From the NCBI GenBank assembly GCA_951406725.2, contig OX597819.1, positions 4,712,001-4,776,000 on the forward strand: a DNA stretch of 64,000 bases, written 5' to 3'. Origin of the DNA: Octopus vulgaris. Taxonomy: Eukaryota. Below the pieces are notes generated by a model, which saw nothing but the letters and a program-made list of their open reading frames with translations, was not told the DNA's origin and did no database searches. The position numbers were made by a program, and so were the translations under genes. Position 1 is the stretch's first letter. Every line of letters begins with the position of its first letter. This document shows positions 38,808 to 53,118 of the stretch, piece by piece.

Positions 38808-39239
38808 AGGAACAACAACAACAATAACTAAGGATATATTGGACAATGTATTCCTGGAAATAAGAATAGAGTGAATAGTTTGGGCAGGAACGTCTTTGGT
38901 AGGACCTTGAAGTAGGCAGCAATTTTCATCTCTGTGATTTTTACCGCCACCACAAATCCCTTAACAACCAACACAACCCAATGATGGAACCTCTATGCGG
39001 TTATTCGACCGGCTAGAAATGGTAATCGGCTGCTTCTTGGCCATACCTTACTGTCTTAAAAAAAAAGGAAGGCACATTGGAATGATATATCTAGATAGTA
39101 TCTAGATATATCATTCCAATGTGTATCTAGTAGATACACTATGCTTGTTTTAGAAATGCTATACCCGAAAAAAAAAAAGCTAGATCAGTAGTTCTCAACC
39201 ATTTTTTTTTTTTTTGCCAGTAGACCCCTTTAATTTCTA

Positions 39240-40106
39240 CTCAGTGTTACAACAAACAAGATGAAGACAAATATCCGTCAAATGTAAATAATGTAGAGAA
39301 TACCTATCTCCTCGCCTTTCTCCCTTTTTCTTTCCTCCTCTTTCACTCTGTCTCTCTTTCCCTCCCTTTCGCTCTCTGTCTCTCTCACCCTCTCTTCCTC
39401 GCTTTTCTTCTCTTAGTCCTTCCTTCCTTCCTTCTCTCTCTCTCTGTCTCTCCCCCTCGTTCCTCTGTCCCTCCGATTTCATTTCCCTATCTCGTATTCC
39501 TTAATCTCTTTCCCCCTCCCTCTTATTTTTCAATCTCTTTTGCTTTCCTTCACTTACCCCCTTTGTACCTTGTTCCCCTCTCTCCCCCTCTCATTCTTTG
39601 GTCCCTCTGATTTCTTTCTCCTTTCTCCTATTCCTTTGTCTTTCTGCCCCCTTCAACTCCTCCCTTTCCCTACCACGAGATCACTGTCCGGTTTAGACAT
39701 CGTCGTTCTTTTCGGCCGACTGCCCATCAGGTCAGTCGCATCTATTCTGTTCTATTTTGCCACCCGATCAGTAAAGATTTTTCCATTCCCTTTTTCCTTA
39801 CTATACTCGTCTGATAGTCGAAAGATCCCTTCTGTTTGTTACTTCTTTGTGTTTTGTATATGTACATTCGTTTCCCTTGCCAAGGGGCTTAATGCTTTTA
39901 CCTTAAGCTCTTGGCCCAACCGGTTTCGAGTAGTATCGAAGAGGATTGGGCGAAACTACGTGGACATTCCAGACTCCGACTGAAGAGGCAACTGGCTGGG
40001 AATGATCCATGTATCTTTATTCGTCCTGTCAGCCGTTGTTGTGCTTTCGTCCTTTCTCTGCTTGTTGTGTTTTGACGGTTTCCGTTTGTTGTGTTTTTTT
40101 ACCTTT

Positions 40107-40108
<2 letters not shown>
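39240..40108 (+). mobile_element. Diverged relative of the 845-bp repeat family, with permuted hammerhead-like motif (39930-39991)
   Basis: Same layout: pyrimidine-rich body, TAATGCT motif, then GTAG-TA-TCGAAG..GAAA-CTAC..CTCCGA-CTGAAGA. Confidence 0.65.
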
Positions 40109-40173
<65 letters not shown>

Positions 40174-40174
<1 letters not shown>

Positions 40175-40597
40175 CTCTTTTACTCTTTTACATGTTTCAG
40201 TCATTTGACTGCGGCCATGCTGGAGCACCGCCTTTAGTCGAGCAAATCGACCCCGGGACTTATTCTTTGTAAGCCCAATACTTATTCTATCGGTCTCTTT
40301 TGCCGAACTGCTAAGTGACGGGGACTTAAACACACCAGCATTGGTTGTCAAGCAATGCTAGGGGGACAAACACAGACACACAAACACACCCACACGTACA
40401 TATATATATATATATATATATATATGCATATATACGACATGCTTCTTTCAGTTTCCGTCTACCAAATCCACTCACAAGGCATTGGTCGGCCCGGGGCTAT
40501 AGCAGAAGACACTTGCCCAAGATGCCACGCAGTGGGACTGAACCCGGAACCATGTGGTTGGTAAGCAAGCTACTTACCACACAGCCACTCCTGCGCC
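40174..40597 (-). mobile_element. SINE family A, full length
   Basis: Matches the family A copies. Confidence 0.92.
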
Positions 40598-40779
40598 TAT
40601 GTATGCAATGTATGTATGTATGTAGATTGTACGATACACACAAGAAAGAGATATTTTCGAACGCAGTATCACCATTAAAACAGTAGGAAAATTGTGAGGG
40701 TAATATTGCTCAATTCTTCTGCTGTTTTCTGTATCGTACGATAGACATTCAGCGCGTCTAAAAAGCAATTGTAAGTTTG

Positions 40780-40814
<35 letters not shown>

Positions 40815-40815
<1 letters not shown>

Positions 40816-41510
40816 AACGAAAACGCAATAGAGGGCATTAAAACGTTCGGACAGATAGACGACACAAAGGCGGACAAGAGAAACGACAATTAGAAGGACA
40901 GGCAAAAAAAGAAGGGGTCATTCTTGGCTTTCTTTCATCAGTCAAGTCCTAGAAATCACAACCATTTCAGGCAGTTACACTTGAGATGGTTCGATCTGGT
41001 TGTCCCCAAAAAAGTCTAAGCTAAGAGCATTAGACCCCTTTGTAAGAAAGTTAGCGAATGTGTACGGCAACAAATATGAAAAAACAAACACAAAAAACAA
41101 ACAAACAAAAAAGAGAACATGGTACACAATTACGAATACAACAACACGAGATAATAACAGACGTCTTTCGACTGAGAACGATTCAAATTGAGCTGGCGTA
41201 TATGAAGTGAAAGCCTAAAGGCAAGAACATGGGAGACGGACACAAAGACGTGTTGACGGTCGGCAGTCAGGCTAAGAAAGAAAGATCATGGGTGACCGGA
41301 CACCGGTCACGTGGACGGAGGAGAGATGGGTAGGGGACAGCGGGATTGGAGAATTAGTAAAAAATCAGAGACAAAGGGAAATATGCAGAGGAGATAAACG
41401 AGTAAGAGTTAAAGAAAGAGAGGGCCAAGAAATGTAAGAGAGAGGGAGAGAGAAAAGAAGAAAAATGAGAGGGGAAATAAAAGATAAAGTAAGAGTCGTA
41501 GAAAATTTAG
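40815..41510 (-). mobile_element. Diverged relative of the 845-bp repeat family, with permuted hammerhead-like motif (40928-40991)
   Basis: Minus strand TCTAATGCTCTTAGCTT.. then AACCA-TC-TCAAGT..GAAA-TGGTT..ACTTGA-CTGATGA. Confidence 0.7.
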
Positions 41511-41561
41511 ATACATACATACCTAGTATAAGGTGAGCACAAGGGTGTACGAACGCCGCTT

Positions 41562-41603
<42 letters not shown>

Positions 41604-41702
41604 AATGGAACAAAAACGCAATAGAGGGCATATATATATGTGTGTGTGTGTATATATATATATGTGTGTGTGTGTATATATATATATGTGTGTGTGTGTG
41701 TG

Positions 41703-41828
41703 TATAGGATGGGCTTCTCACAGTTTCCATCTACGAAAATCCACCCACAAGGCTTGGTCAGCCTGAGGCAATAAATAGTAGAAGACACTGCCTAAGGTGC
41801 CACGCAGTGGAACTAAACCCGGAACGGT
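41703..41828 (-). mobile_element. SINE family A fragment
   Basis: AGTAGAAGACACTGCCTAAGGTGCCACGCAGTGG. Confidence 0.75.
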
Positions 41829-42172
41829 GCAACTGTAGTATAATATCAACCTTGCTATCTGCGACCTACCGTAAATGACAATGCAATCTACCAAACAAAC
41901 CACTTACTCAAGAAAAAAGAGGAGTACCTACTCAACATTTTCAATCACATTTGGATCATTATTGTTGGAAAATGCTCAAGAAAAACGATGGCGTGTTCAC
42001 TGCTTTTCTAAAACATAAAAATCAATATTTAATGATTTTTTTTGTAGTATTTCGTATAATAAGGTGTTAATGAGTTTTAATAACTTTTACACTACAAACT
42101 GTTTATTAGGCTCCTTTCCTTTTCTAGAATAAATATTTAATGATTCTTAACATATTTCATACTACCAACAGT

Positions 42173-42288
42173 TGGTAGATATCATACTATAGTAGAAAAT
42201 GGATGGTAGACATCATACTATAGTAGAAAATGGATGGTAGACATCATACTATAGTAGAAAATGGATGGTAGACATCATACTATAGTAG
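42173..42288. repeat. 31-bp minisatellite, ~3.7 copies
   Basis: TGGTAGACATCATACTATAGTAGAAAATGGA at 42173, 42204, 42235 and 42266. Confidence 0.92.
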
Positions 42289-42608
42289 CACCCCCGGAGC
42301 CATGTGGTTGGGTCTTCAAATCTTTTTTCTCAGATCATTATCAAGAATTATTATATCGTTAAACCTTGCTTGATGGAAGGTTTGAAAGCTTCAGTTTAAT
42401 ATTTTTTTATTATTAAAAAATAACAGCTTCGTTATGAAGTTCTTAAAAACCAAACATAAAAATAAGTCTCGTAGAAAATGTGGTACTTTGTCGATTTAAT
42501 CATTAATTCATGATAAAAATAAAATGACCCACCTTCTTCCAAACAATCAGGGTACAAGAAATTACATAACTACGACTTTGATGTTCAGCGTGTATAGCAA
42601 AATTATCT

Positions 42609-42943
42609 GCTGAGACCGTCGGTCATGACTGATTTTGGGATTGCACCGAGAAAGTTACCCTCCGAGGCACAGGTCCGGGCAAGGTTGTTTATGGAAGAGC
42701 AGCAGTCGCCCATGCATACCGGCCTACCCTCTCCTCGCCATCGGTGTTATCCAAGGGAAAGAAAACGGCTGATGTAGCTTGGCACCTTGACGTCGCAACT
42801 CATTTCTACAGCCGAGTGAATTGGAGCAACGTGAAATAAAGTGTCTTGCTCAAGAACACAACATGCAGCCCGTTCTGGTATTCGAACTCACAACCTCACG
42901 ATCGTAAGCTCGACGCTCTAACCACTGAGCCATGCGCCTTCAC
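42609..42943 (-). mobile_element. tRNA/CORE-like SINE with 13-bp TSD
   Basis: TGGCTCAGTGG A box, GAGTTCGAATAC B box, TTCTTGAGCAAGACACTT core; TSD AGCAAAATTATCT at 42596 and 42944. Confidence 0.88.
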
Positions 42944-43095
42944 AGCAAAATTATCTAAAGAAGTATTTATTTGTGGTGTCTAGATGCAAGGGCTATAACC
43001 ATGATTTTAGCAGGTGTTCCAAGACGGGTAAGACCAACAGAGATAATTTTCCACTTGTGAAACTATATTCCTATTTTCTACGGTTTGATCTCGCT

Positions 43096-43360
43096 CGGTG
43101 ATTCTCAACCCTTTTTCCCCTTTGGGCTCCCTTTGGGCTCCCTTTGATCCCTATTTTACTTAGATGGACCCTCATAACCATTCGATGTTTAAAAATTCCT
43201 ATTATATTTTTTATAATTAAATATCATTAGAAATTGTATGAAAATAATTATTAAAATATTTTCTGTATTGTTGAAGTATAACCTATTTATTGCAGATAAA
43301 TTTTAACAAAATCACATATGAACTCCCATGGGCCATATGGACCCCGGTTGAGAAGCATTG
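43096..43360. mobile_element. hAT (Charlie-like) MITE
   Basis: TIRs CGGTGATTCTCAACC / GGTTGAGAAGCATTG; 8-bp TSD ATCTCGCT/ATCTAGCT; related end at 39186. Confidence 0.8.
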
Positions 43361-43460
43361 ATCTAGCTGCTGCATTTGAGACAGCAATCATGCAATTCAC
43401 TTTGAATACCATTGCAGTTTGAATATCACTGGATTCGTGGAGAGGGAGCCTTTCTGAAGG

Positions 43461-43637
43461 TCATGTCATATATAGAAAGCCGTATGCAAATAATCCACTA
43501 ATCCCGATCAAAGCTGTTATTCCTAATATGCCTAGTACCCTTAAAGATCCACTCTTGGTTCTGATCTCTTTAATATTAACAGTTGTTATATCACACTTCA
43601 ACTCGATAGGTTTCGTTTCAACACACATGATAACGTA
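43461..43637 (-). CDS. Candidate terminal coding exon ending in a transmembrane helix
   Basis: Non-repetitive ORF YVIMCVETKPIELKCDITT...VLGILGITALIGISGLFAYGFLYMT*, preceded by CAG; no upstream exons identified. Confidence 0.3.
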   Translation of the reverse strand, partial: YVIMCVETKPIELKCDITTVNIKEIRTKSGSLRVLGILGITALIGISGLFAYGFLYMT

Positions 43638-45100
43638 CCTGATCATCAAATCCTAATATCATTCCACTTCAATATAAGACAAAGAAAATAGATCTGCCAA
43701 TCGAAATGAATGAAAATTAAACAAATGCTGATGAATGAATATTAATTATTGTTTATTAGGAAACGCAGCTTCAGTCAAATTCTGTGCTAGTTTATTGTCT
43801 TGTGGTGGAGATGGCATTTTACCCTGAAGAGAAATGTGCTGTTGAAGTTAGTTAGCTCCAGATCAGTTCTAATCACTCAGATCTATGATCAAAAGCATCC
43901 TAGCTTATGGCGACATTGTTCAATGTCTCCTTACGTTTTTAAGACAGTAGGGTGTAATTTTAGGAAGATATGATTGCTATTTCTAGCAGATTCAGCGATC
44001 ATATATAGGCTTACTCGTTAGCTTGGCGGGATATTATTTTGTGTTGATGTGAATGGTGTACATCCCAATCGAGAGGCGACGATAAACAACAGGAATCTAA
44101 AAGTAATTAAACTGAAATAGTTAAATATTAATATCGTTTGAGAACGTTTGCTGTACGTATTTGAAGCAGTCAAACGAAACTTAGCAGCCAACTGTATAAA
44201 ACAACAGTCTCGTCTACATTGAAAAGTAATTATTCCTCGGCTCAGCGTGATTTTTCGTAATCATCAGACCGTGTTCGGTGTTAGATGGTTTGCTCTGTTG
44301 TATAAGGTCGGTAGGTAGTAGTAGAAGAAATTGGAACAGGATATAAGCTACATTGAGGATATTACAGCATATTGTTGAGAGGATGGTAAACAACTACAGA
44401 ATAATGGTTTAGGGTCTTGATGTCGGCACCCAAGAGTTCTTTCGCCATAGTCTGTTGTTGCAATGTCAGCAAGGTAAATTAAAAGACGACTGCTACTTCA
44501 TACGTTTTTATGAAAACTATTGTTGCTGTAGTTCGAGGAAACCTTAATGGAACATACCGTCCTGAATATCCTGTCTTTTCTTACAAGAACTACATTGTTC
44601 AATGAGTCTTCCATTTTTAAGACAACAATAGGGTATGATTTGGGGGAGATTTACCTACTCTTTCTAATATAAAAGCACGTTCATTAGCTCAAAAGTTTCC
44701 TTTTTAAAAAGCCTCCATGATAATTTCACTTACATCCAAGTTACTTTCATATGAATTTTAGATAAACTCCAGTAATGGCTGGTATTTTATTGTATCAACG
44801 GCTGGAGGAATGAAAGATCGACAGGATTTGAACTCGGAATGAGAAAAGCTGTAACTAAATAACATTAGCATTTTCTCCCGCTCTCCAACGTTTCTGTGAT
44901 CTCAAAAAATGGAGGCCAGTAAATATTGACAAGTGTTAGAACAATGGGAGTTACATCAATTTCCTTGACTTGTCGGTAAAAATTAAAAAATAACTTGATA
45001 AAATATATTTTGTAATTTTACATTTTAAATTCACGTCTTCTCTGCGTATTTATTGCTACCAACTACATCTATGGATTATTTAATCCGTACAACTCACTCA

Positions 45101-45155
<55 letters not shown>

Positions 45156-45158
<3 letters not shown>

Positions 45159-45621
45159 AATAAAAACTTTAAGTAAAACCCTTGGTTCAATAACACTGTG
45201 TATAAACTCTATATTTGGAATGACCAATTTTAAGTACTAATGGATTTTACTCACAAGGTATTGGAATCTTATATGTATACCATTCTGCCTAAATAATGAA
45301 TCTACAAATACAATATCCTTGCATATCTCACATCTATTTTCATTCTTCCACTTCACTCTCTATTTCGTATCTTATCTAAATTAACGATTACTTAACCATT
45401 TTCTCACACCGTCTCCGATGAAGGGATATAATAAATATCCTAGAAACAGCTGTAAGACCTATTTATAAATGTTCTAAAATCTATACAGTCCTGGGTTTTT
45501 TATCTCGTTACGAAAAAAAACCTTTTCATATACACACGCTGGACCCCTTTTTCGCATAATCACCGAGCCCTGGAACTTAACTATGATCTGTCTATAGCAC
45601 TTATTCAGCATTACCTGACAC
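45156..45621 (+). mobile_element. Penelope-like non-autonomous element with type I hammerhead motif (45411-45458)
   Basis: GTCT-CCGATGA-a-GGGATAT aataa ATATCCT-a-GAAA-CAGCTG-TA-AGAC. Confidence 0.75.
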
Positions 45622-45656
45622 CTTTGGTTCTCATTGACACCATTACCTCTCATAAT

Positions 45657-45706
<50 letters not shown>

Positions 45707-46056
45707 GTTTAAAGGGCTATATTATCCTGGCGGTAATCGTGTTTCCTCTCAAGTCGGTTTCAGATGAAAGTTCGTTTAGAAATAATGCGAGAAAACTTTC
45801 AAAACTTATATGGTCGCTCAAGAATGAAAATAATATTAGGTATTCATTAATTATACCAAATATTTACTTAGAAAAATTAATTAGAAAAATTAATTAGTCA
45901 ACATTACACAAGAAAGAAGTTTTAATTACTTACGTTTTCTTTTTTTTAAAAATTGAATAACAGAATGCATCAATTCATATAATTTCATTAAACTTTTTTC
46001 TCTAATAATAATGACGCATATAAAATATAGAATAGAATTCAATTTATAAAATTATA

Positions 46057-46457
46057 TCTTTATATATAAAAGTAAGGTTGTGTGCTGTCTGTCTCCTACG
46101 ATTTAGATTCCTAACTACTCCCACATTTTGCGGTGCAGTTTAACCAAAACCGGGTATCTTATAGTCGTGATTCATATCGAGCCCTTCTGGGTATTAGCGC
46201 GCGTCTACGATGAGTCTACGATTTTTTTTTTAATTTACCATAATTTTTTTCCATTTTAATGCATTTTTTTCGCTATTATATAAGGGAAGTAACTCTCTAA
46301 AAATGTCTACGATGAGTCAACGATTTTTAAAAAAATTTACCATCAATTTTTTTGCATTTTTAATGCATTTTTTGCTATTTTTTTACTATAACTCTCTAAA
46401 AATGCTTATATAGTTATTTCCCTTACAAACCCGAGCAACGCCGGGCGATACTGCTAG
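46057..46457 (+). mobile_element. Non-autonomous Helitron, copy 3
   Basis: A|TC...hairpin...CTAG|T. Confidence 0.88.
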
Positions 46458-47180
46458 TATAATATAACCTAAAAACGCTTTAAAGCAACAGTAATGACAA
46501 GTTAGAAGAATTTAAAATACAACACTGCTTCTTTTTAATAACCACGTTGTTCTTACTGCTTCGTAACTACCCACTACTTCTATTAATAACCTTCACAAAT
46601 TTCAACTCTGAAATCTATCAAAATACCTGATGATAAAGTATGTAGAATCAATCAAAAACAAGTATTTTATAAGTAACCACTCCCCGCCAAGCCAAGAACT
46701 TTAGCTACCTTCAACAAACACTGCTGCTCCTTGTACTGAATTTTACCCAAACAAACAGTTGAGAAAAACATCTCATGGAAGAGTGTCGTGGTTTAGTAGT
46801 AGTAACCACAAAGCTTAATTTAAACTAATTGCCGAGGAACACTCCTCTTCAGATCGTACTAATAATGCATAAATCGCTGTATATGAATATGCAACACGAT
46901 GCATTTGGTGCGATCGAAACACGTATCGGGCTATTATCATGAATAATCTAACTGGAAACAAACATAAAGTTTGAATGTTTAAATTCTTCATTCTCCTCAT
47001 TCTCCTTATTATCAAATATTATACTTTAAGCTCTAAGTAGCCAAGAAATAAACTGGAACGTCGGATGGGAGTTAAAGGAAGATTACCAGGAAACGCACCA
47101 TGCGAAAGAGCCAACCTTGGCGTTTTACTCAGAGAAATTTGGTATCTGCCTGGATAGATAGATAGATAGATAGATAGATA

Positions 47181-49303
47181 TGTTTCTTTATTAGCCACAC
47201 AGGGCTGCACACAGATAGAACAAATTACAAGGTAGAGCTTTTCTTTTGAAGGGTTAGGAAAAAAAAAAAAAAAGGAAGGGGGGAGTTTCGATCAAAAGGG
47301 ATCGTAAAAGGAGAGAAAGAGGACAAAAAAAGGGGGGTTAAAAAAAGGGGGGAGGAAAAAAATTGATCAATAGGGATCGTTATCACAGAAATGTCAATAT
47401 GAAGTGTAAAGGGGAGGACAGGTGAGATTTACCCGTGGAAAGAAAAGCCTACGGAAAAGACCACGGTAACCTCGGTCAATGAAGTCACATGTTATATTTC
47501 TTTTTTTTTTTTTTTTTTTTTTTGCAAATAAGCAACTCTCTGTTTTCGATTTCTGGGTTCATAGGACTATGCTCAAGGTGGCTTCGTCATTCATACGTGC
47601 CATTCTTGCTACATTCACCCATCTTTTTTTAAAACATTCGCTAGACAAAACTTGCCTCTCCACTCTCACTTTCCTTTTCAAGTGGTACTTGAAGAAGTTG
47701 ATGAGAGATTGACCAGAGAGGAAAGTGTTTGTCTCCAATCCTTTCAGACGCGTCCACCAGATACATTCTTTCGCCATAGCCACAAGGATGATGAAAATAG
47801 CTCTTCCTTCCCGTTTGAAGGAAGGAGGCGTGACAATATTGACGATAGACTCAGCTGATAAACCGACTCGTCCCACACGTGACAGCAGTTGTTCGACATA
47901 AGCCCACAGGTCGGAAATTGTTGGACACTGAACGAGTGCGTGCAGAACGGTTTCGTCGCTCTGACCGCATCTCGGGCAGGTCGGCCCCGTGTTTCTCGAG
48001 CCGTGTCTGTAGAGCTTATCCCGAACGGGTAGCGCTTCTCGGTAGCACTGCCAGGCCAGGGATCTCTGGAAGTTGTCCATGGGCCCTGGCCCGAAAGTCG
48101 TCCTGAACAGGCGGGTCAGGTACTCCTCGTCGACGTCCAGGTTCGCCCCGAGCTCGTCGTCGTACCTCCCCTCCACTAAACCCCTATAGAATGCTTTGGT
48201 TGTGTTGAAGTCACTTAAGGTCGACCCAGGACGGCAGAGTTGCTTGAGAGCAACGCGACACTCGCGGTGCCATTCGCCCTTCCTCGGCCTCTTTTTGATC
48301 CACGACTGCAGTTCGGTCATGGAGACGAGCTGCGGGAAAGCGTGCCTCACAAACGGCGACCACACCTGTTCACCGTCGTCTACATAGAGCCAGAGATGTC
48401 GCAGTCTCAGCGCGTGTCTGCGCATCATCAACCACGGCATGCCCAGCCCTCCTTTTAACGGGTGTTGACAGCAAATGGATCGCCTGACCATCGGGACGCA
48501 TCCTTTCCACAAAAAGCGAAAGAGGATGCGTTGTAGTTTGGTGATGGTAGGGTCGGGACAAGGTACGACGGTCAGGCGGTAGTAGATGACGGACGCGATG
48601 TACGTGTTCGCCACCTCCGCTCGACCTTTTAGGGACAGTTTCCTCTCGGCCCATTGCCGGGCGAGAGTGACCACCCTACTCGTTATCTCGTTCCAGTTCT
48701 TCTCCACTTGGAGGTCCGGACCAAACCAGACCCCGAGCAACTCAACCGGGCCGTCGGTCCAGCGTCCCACAACGGAGGCGCTAGTGGACGGCATGGGCTT
48801 GCTTCTCCAGGTGCCTAGTCGCAAGCCCACTGACTTTTCCCGGTTGATTTTCGCTCCTGTCACCGCTTCGTAGTTTTTCAGTGTCTCGCCGACCAGCTCG
48901 ATGTGCTCGTGGCTAGACACTATGACGGTGACGTCGTCCGCGTATGCAGACACGCTCGTCCCGCATCCCAATTCTCGCGGGATGCCCCTTAGAGTCGCCA
49001 GCTTCCGCAGTAGTGGCTCAAGAGTCAATACGTATAGAAGCGCCGAGAGGGGGCATCCCTGACGGACCGAACGTGCAATGTCGAAAGGTCTCGATAGATG
49101 TCCATTTACGCGAATTACCGAACGGATGCCTCTGTACAGCCGCGGAAGACGGGACCGAAACCAGCCGCTCTCAGGACTGCCTCCAAGTATCGATGGTCTA
49201 CCCTATCAAAGGCTTTCGATTGATCCAAGTTGATCAGGGCCCCACCCATGCCAGGTTCGTTAACTACCCTGTCTATGATGTAGCGCATCAGATGGAGGTT
49301 GTC
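47181..49303 (-). mobile_element. 5'-truncated L1/Tx1-clade LINE inserted in (GATA)n
   Basis: RT motifs LDQSKAFDRVDH, VRQGCPLS and YADD; C-terminal CPRC..ETVLHALVQC; AATAAA near the 3' end. Confidence 0.92.
47559..49028 (-). CDS. Tx1-like ORF2 C-terminal part (reverse transcriptase plus zinc-binding domain), truncated
   Basis: 489-aa open frame containing SAYADDVT and CCHC-like motif; upstream RT part is frameshifted. Confidence 0.85.
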   Translation of the reverse strand: MTLEPLLRKLATLRGIPRELGCGTSVSAYADDVTVIVSSHEHIELVGETLKNYEAVTGAKINREKSVGLRLGTWRSKPMPSTSASVVGRWTDGPVELLGVWFGPDLQVEKNWNEITSRVVTLARQWAERKLSLKGRAEVANTYIASVIYYRLTVVPCPDPTITKLQRILFRFLWKGCVPMVRRSICCQHPLKGGLGMPWLMMRRHALRLRHLWLYVDDGEQVWSPFVRHAFPQLVSMTELQSWIKKRPRKGEWHRECRVALKQLCRPGSTLSDFNTTKAFYRGLVEGRYDDELGANLDVDEEYLTRLFRTTFGPGPMDNFQRSLAWQCYREALPVRDKLYRHGSRNTGPTCPRCGQSDETVLHALVQCPTISDLWAYVEQLLSRVGRVGLSAESIVNIVTPPSFKREGRAIFIILVAMAKECIWWTRLKGLETNTFLSGQSLINFFKYHLKRKVRVERQVLSSECFKKRWVNVARMARMNDEATLSIVL

Positions 49304-50256
<953 letters not shown>

Positions 50257-50340
50257 TTCATATATATATATTTATATTCATATATACATTTATATATATA
50301 TTCATACATACATACATACATACATACATACATACATACA

Positions 50341-50373
<33 letters not shown>

Positions 50374-51766
50374 TATATATAAAGATATATATGTACTTAT
50401 ACATGCTATTGAAGGTTACTCGAGAAGTCGTTGGTAATGAACTGTTTCTCTGTGTTATTCAGGTTTGCTTTGCTCTACTTAAACATGCATCAACAGCTGT
50501 ATGCAGGTAGATGCATGTTCTTAGTAGATTAATGTTCCATTAATGTACTGCTGCTGCAAATATTACTAATCTGTAATTGTTCTTCAACATGCTTAGTAAT
50601 TGATAGAAGAAAAATTTACAGTTACCTTGCCCTATCCTATCCTATCGAAGTATTATAGCGATTTTATGATCGTTTATATTCAAGTCTCGACAAATAGAAT
50701 TCCATATTGTACTAATAGCTACCTTAAATGTATCTAATCACACGCAAGCACAAAAAAATATGGGTTAACATATTTAGGGCCTCAAAAGATAATGAAGGTA
50801 GATTGATTGAAGGTGGCGAGAGAAGTAATGAAATTCATGATATAGCGTCTACAAGCAGCTACTTATAGAATACCTTCTAGTGATATCTTGAGTATTTCAG
50901 AAATAGATGAGACACATCGTTCTAAGGTACTATTCCCAACATAAATATGATTGTTTTCATCTTATGTAAAATATATCCGTACTGTTTTCGTGTTATATAA
51001 AATATATGTGTTCCATACATTGGTTATATTGCACATGAAATTATCGGATGTCGCCATCACAACTTTTGGTCAATTTACTTTCAATCTTTTTAAACCCTTA
51101 AACTGCATGTTAACCAAAGCATGCCCCAACATAAACATATCTATGATATATGTGTGCAACATATACAATATACAACATTTATAGTAGCTGGGTGATTTTA
51201 TATCTTACTTTAATGCCAATATCTTTATACATTTAATACCAAAGTGAATGCTATCTGTTTTAATCCATACACTATTCGCTGAGAGAAATTATTTAAAGGT
51301 TGAATTACGCCTCGGAAATCTTAGCAGTCCGTCCGAATTTGAATCCATTGTAATCCCTATTAATACCCATTGTTAGTTAATTAAAGACTACGGAGCCATT
51401 TGAAATGAAATCTACGTCACATGTTTCTTAAATTAAACCCACGGTAATTACGTTAGAAGCTCATTCAATAAAGGTTTGCGAGGAAACATGTTATAAGTGG
51501 ATGTCACGGGCGTATTTAAAATTAAGACCAGTAATAATTGGAAACGTATACATCTAACATGGCGCTTATTGATTTACTGAAAGGAATCTTAATGTTTCGA
51601 AGTCCAAAAGTCATGAACTCCTCTCGAGTTCTTATATTTTGAACAAAGCCTAACCCATGTTTTTGCTCGAAAAATTGCCGTTAGGGGGCAATTGAGCAAA
51701 TCTTTAAGCTACCAATAGGAGAAAGAACGATAAAAAAATGTAAATAAAGCACCGTTACTTTCGTTC

Positions 51767-51832
<66 letters not shown>

Positions 51833-51869
51833 GTTCAGTTTTTTAATACAAATTTGTATACGTAGGAAT

Positions 51870-53118
<1,249 letters not shown>

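Noticed and set aside
42173-42288. CRISPR-like 31-bp repeats
   Set aside because: Contiguous tandem copies with no spacers, in a eukaryotic context
44180-44480. Unique-looking stretch ending in AAG|GTAAAT as a coding exon
   Set aside because: Stops in the frames examined and no recognisable protein motif
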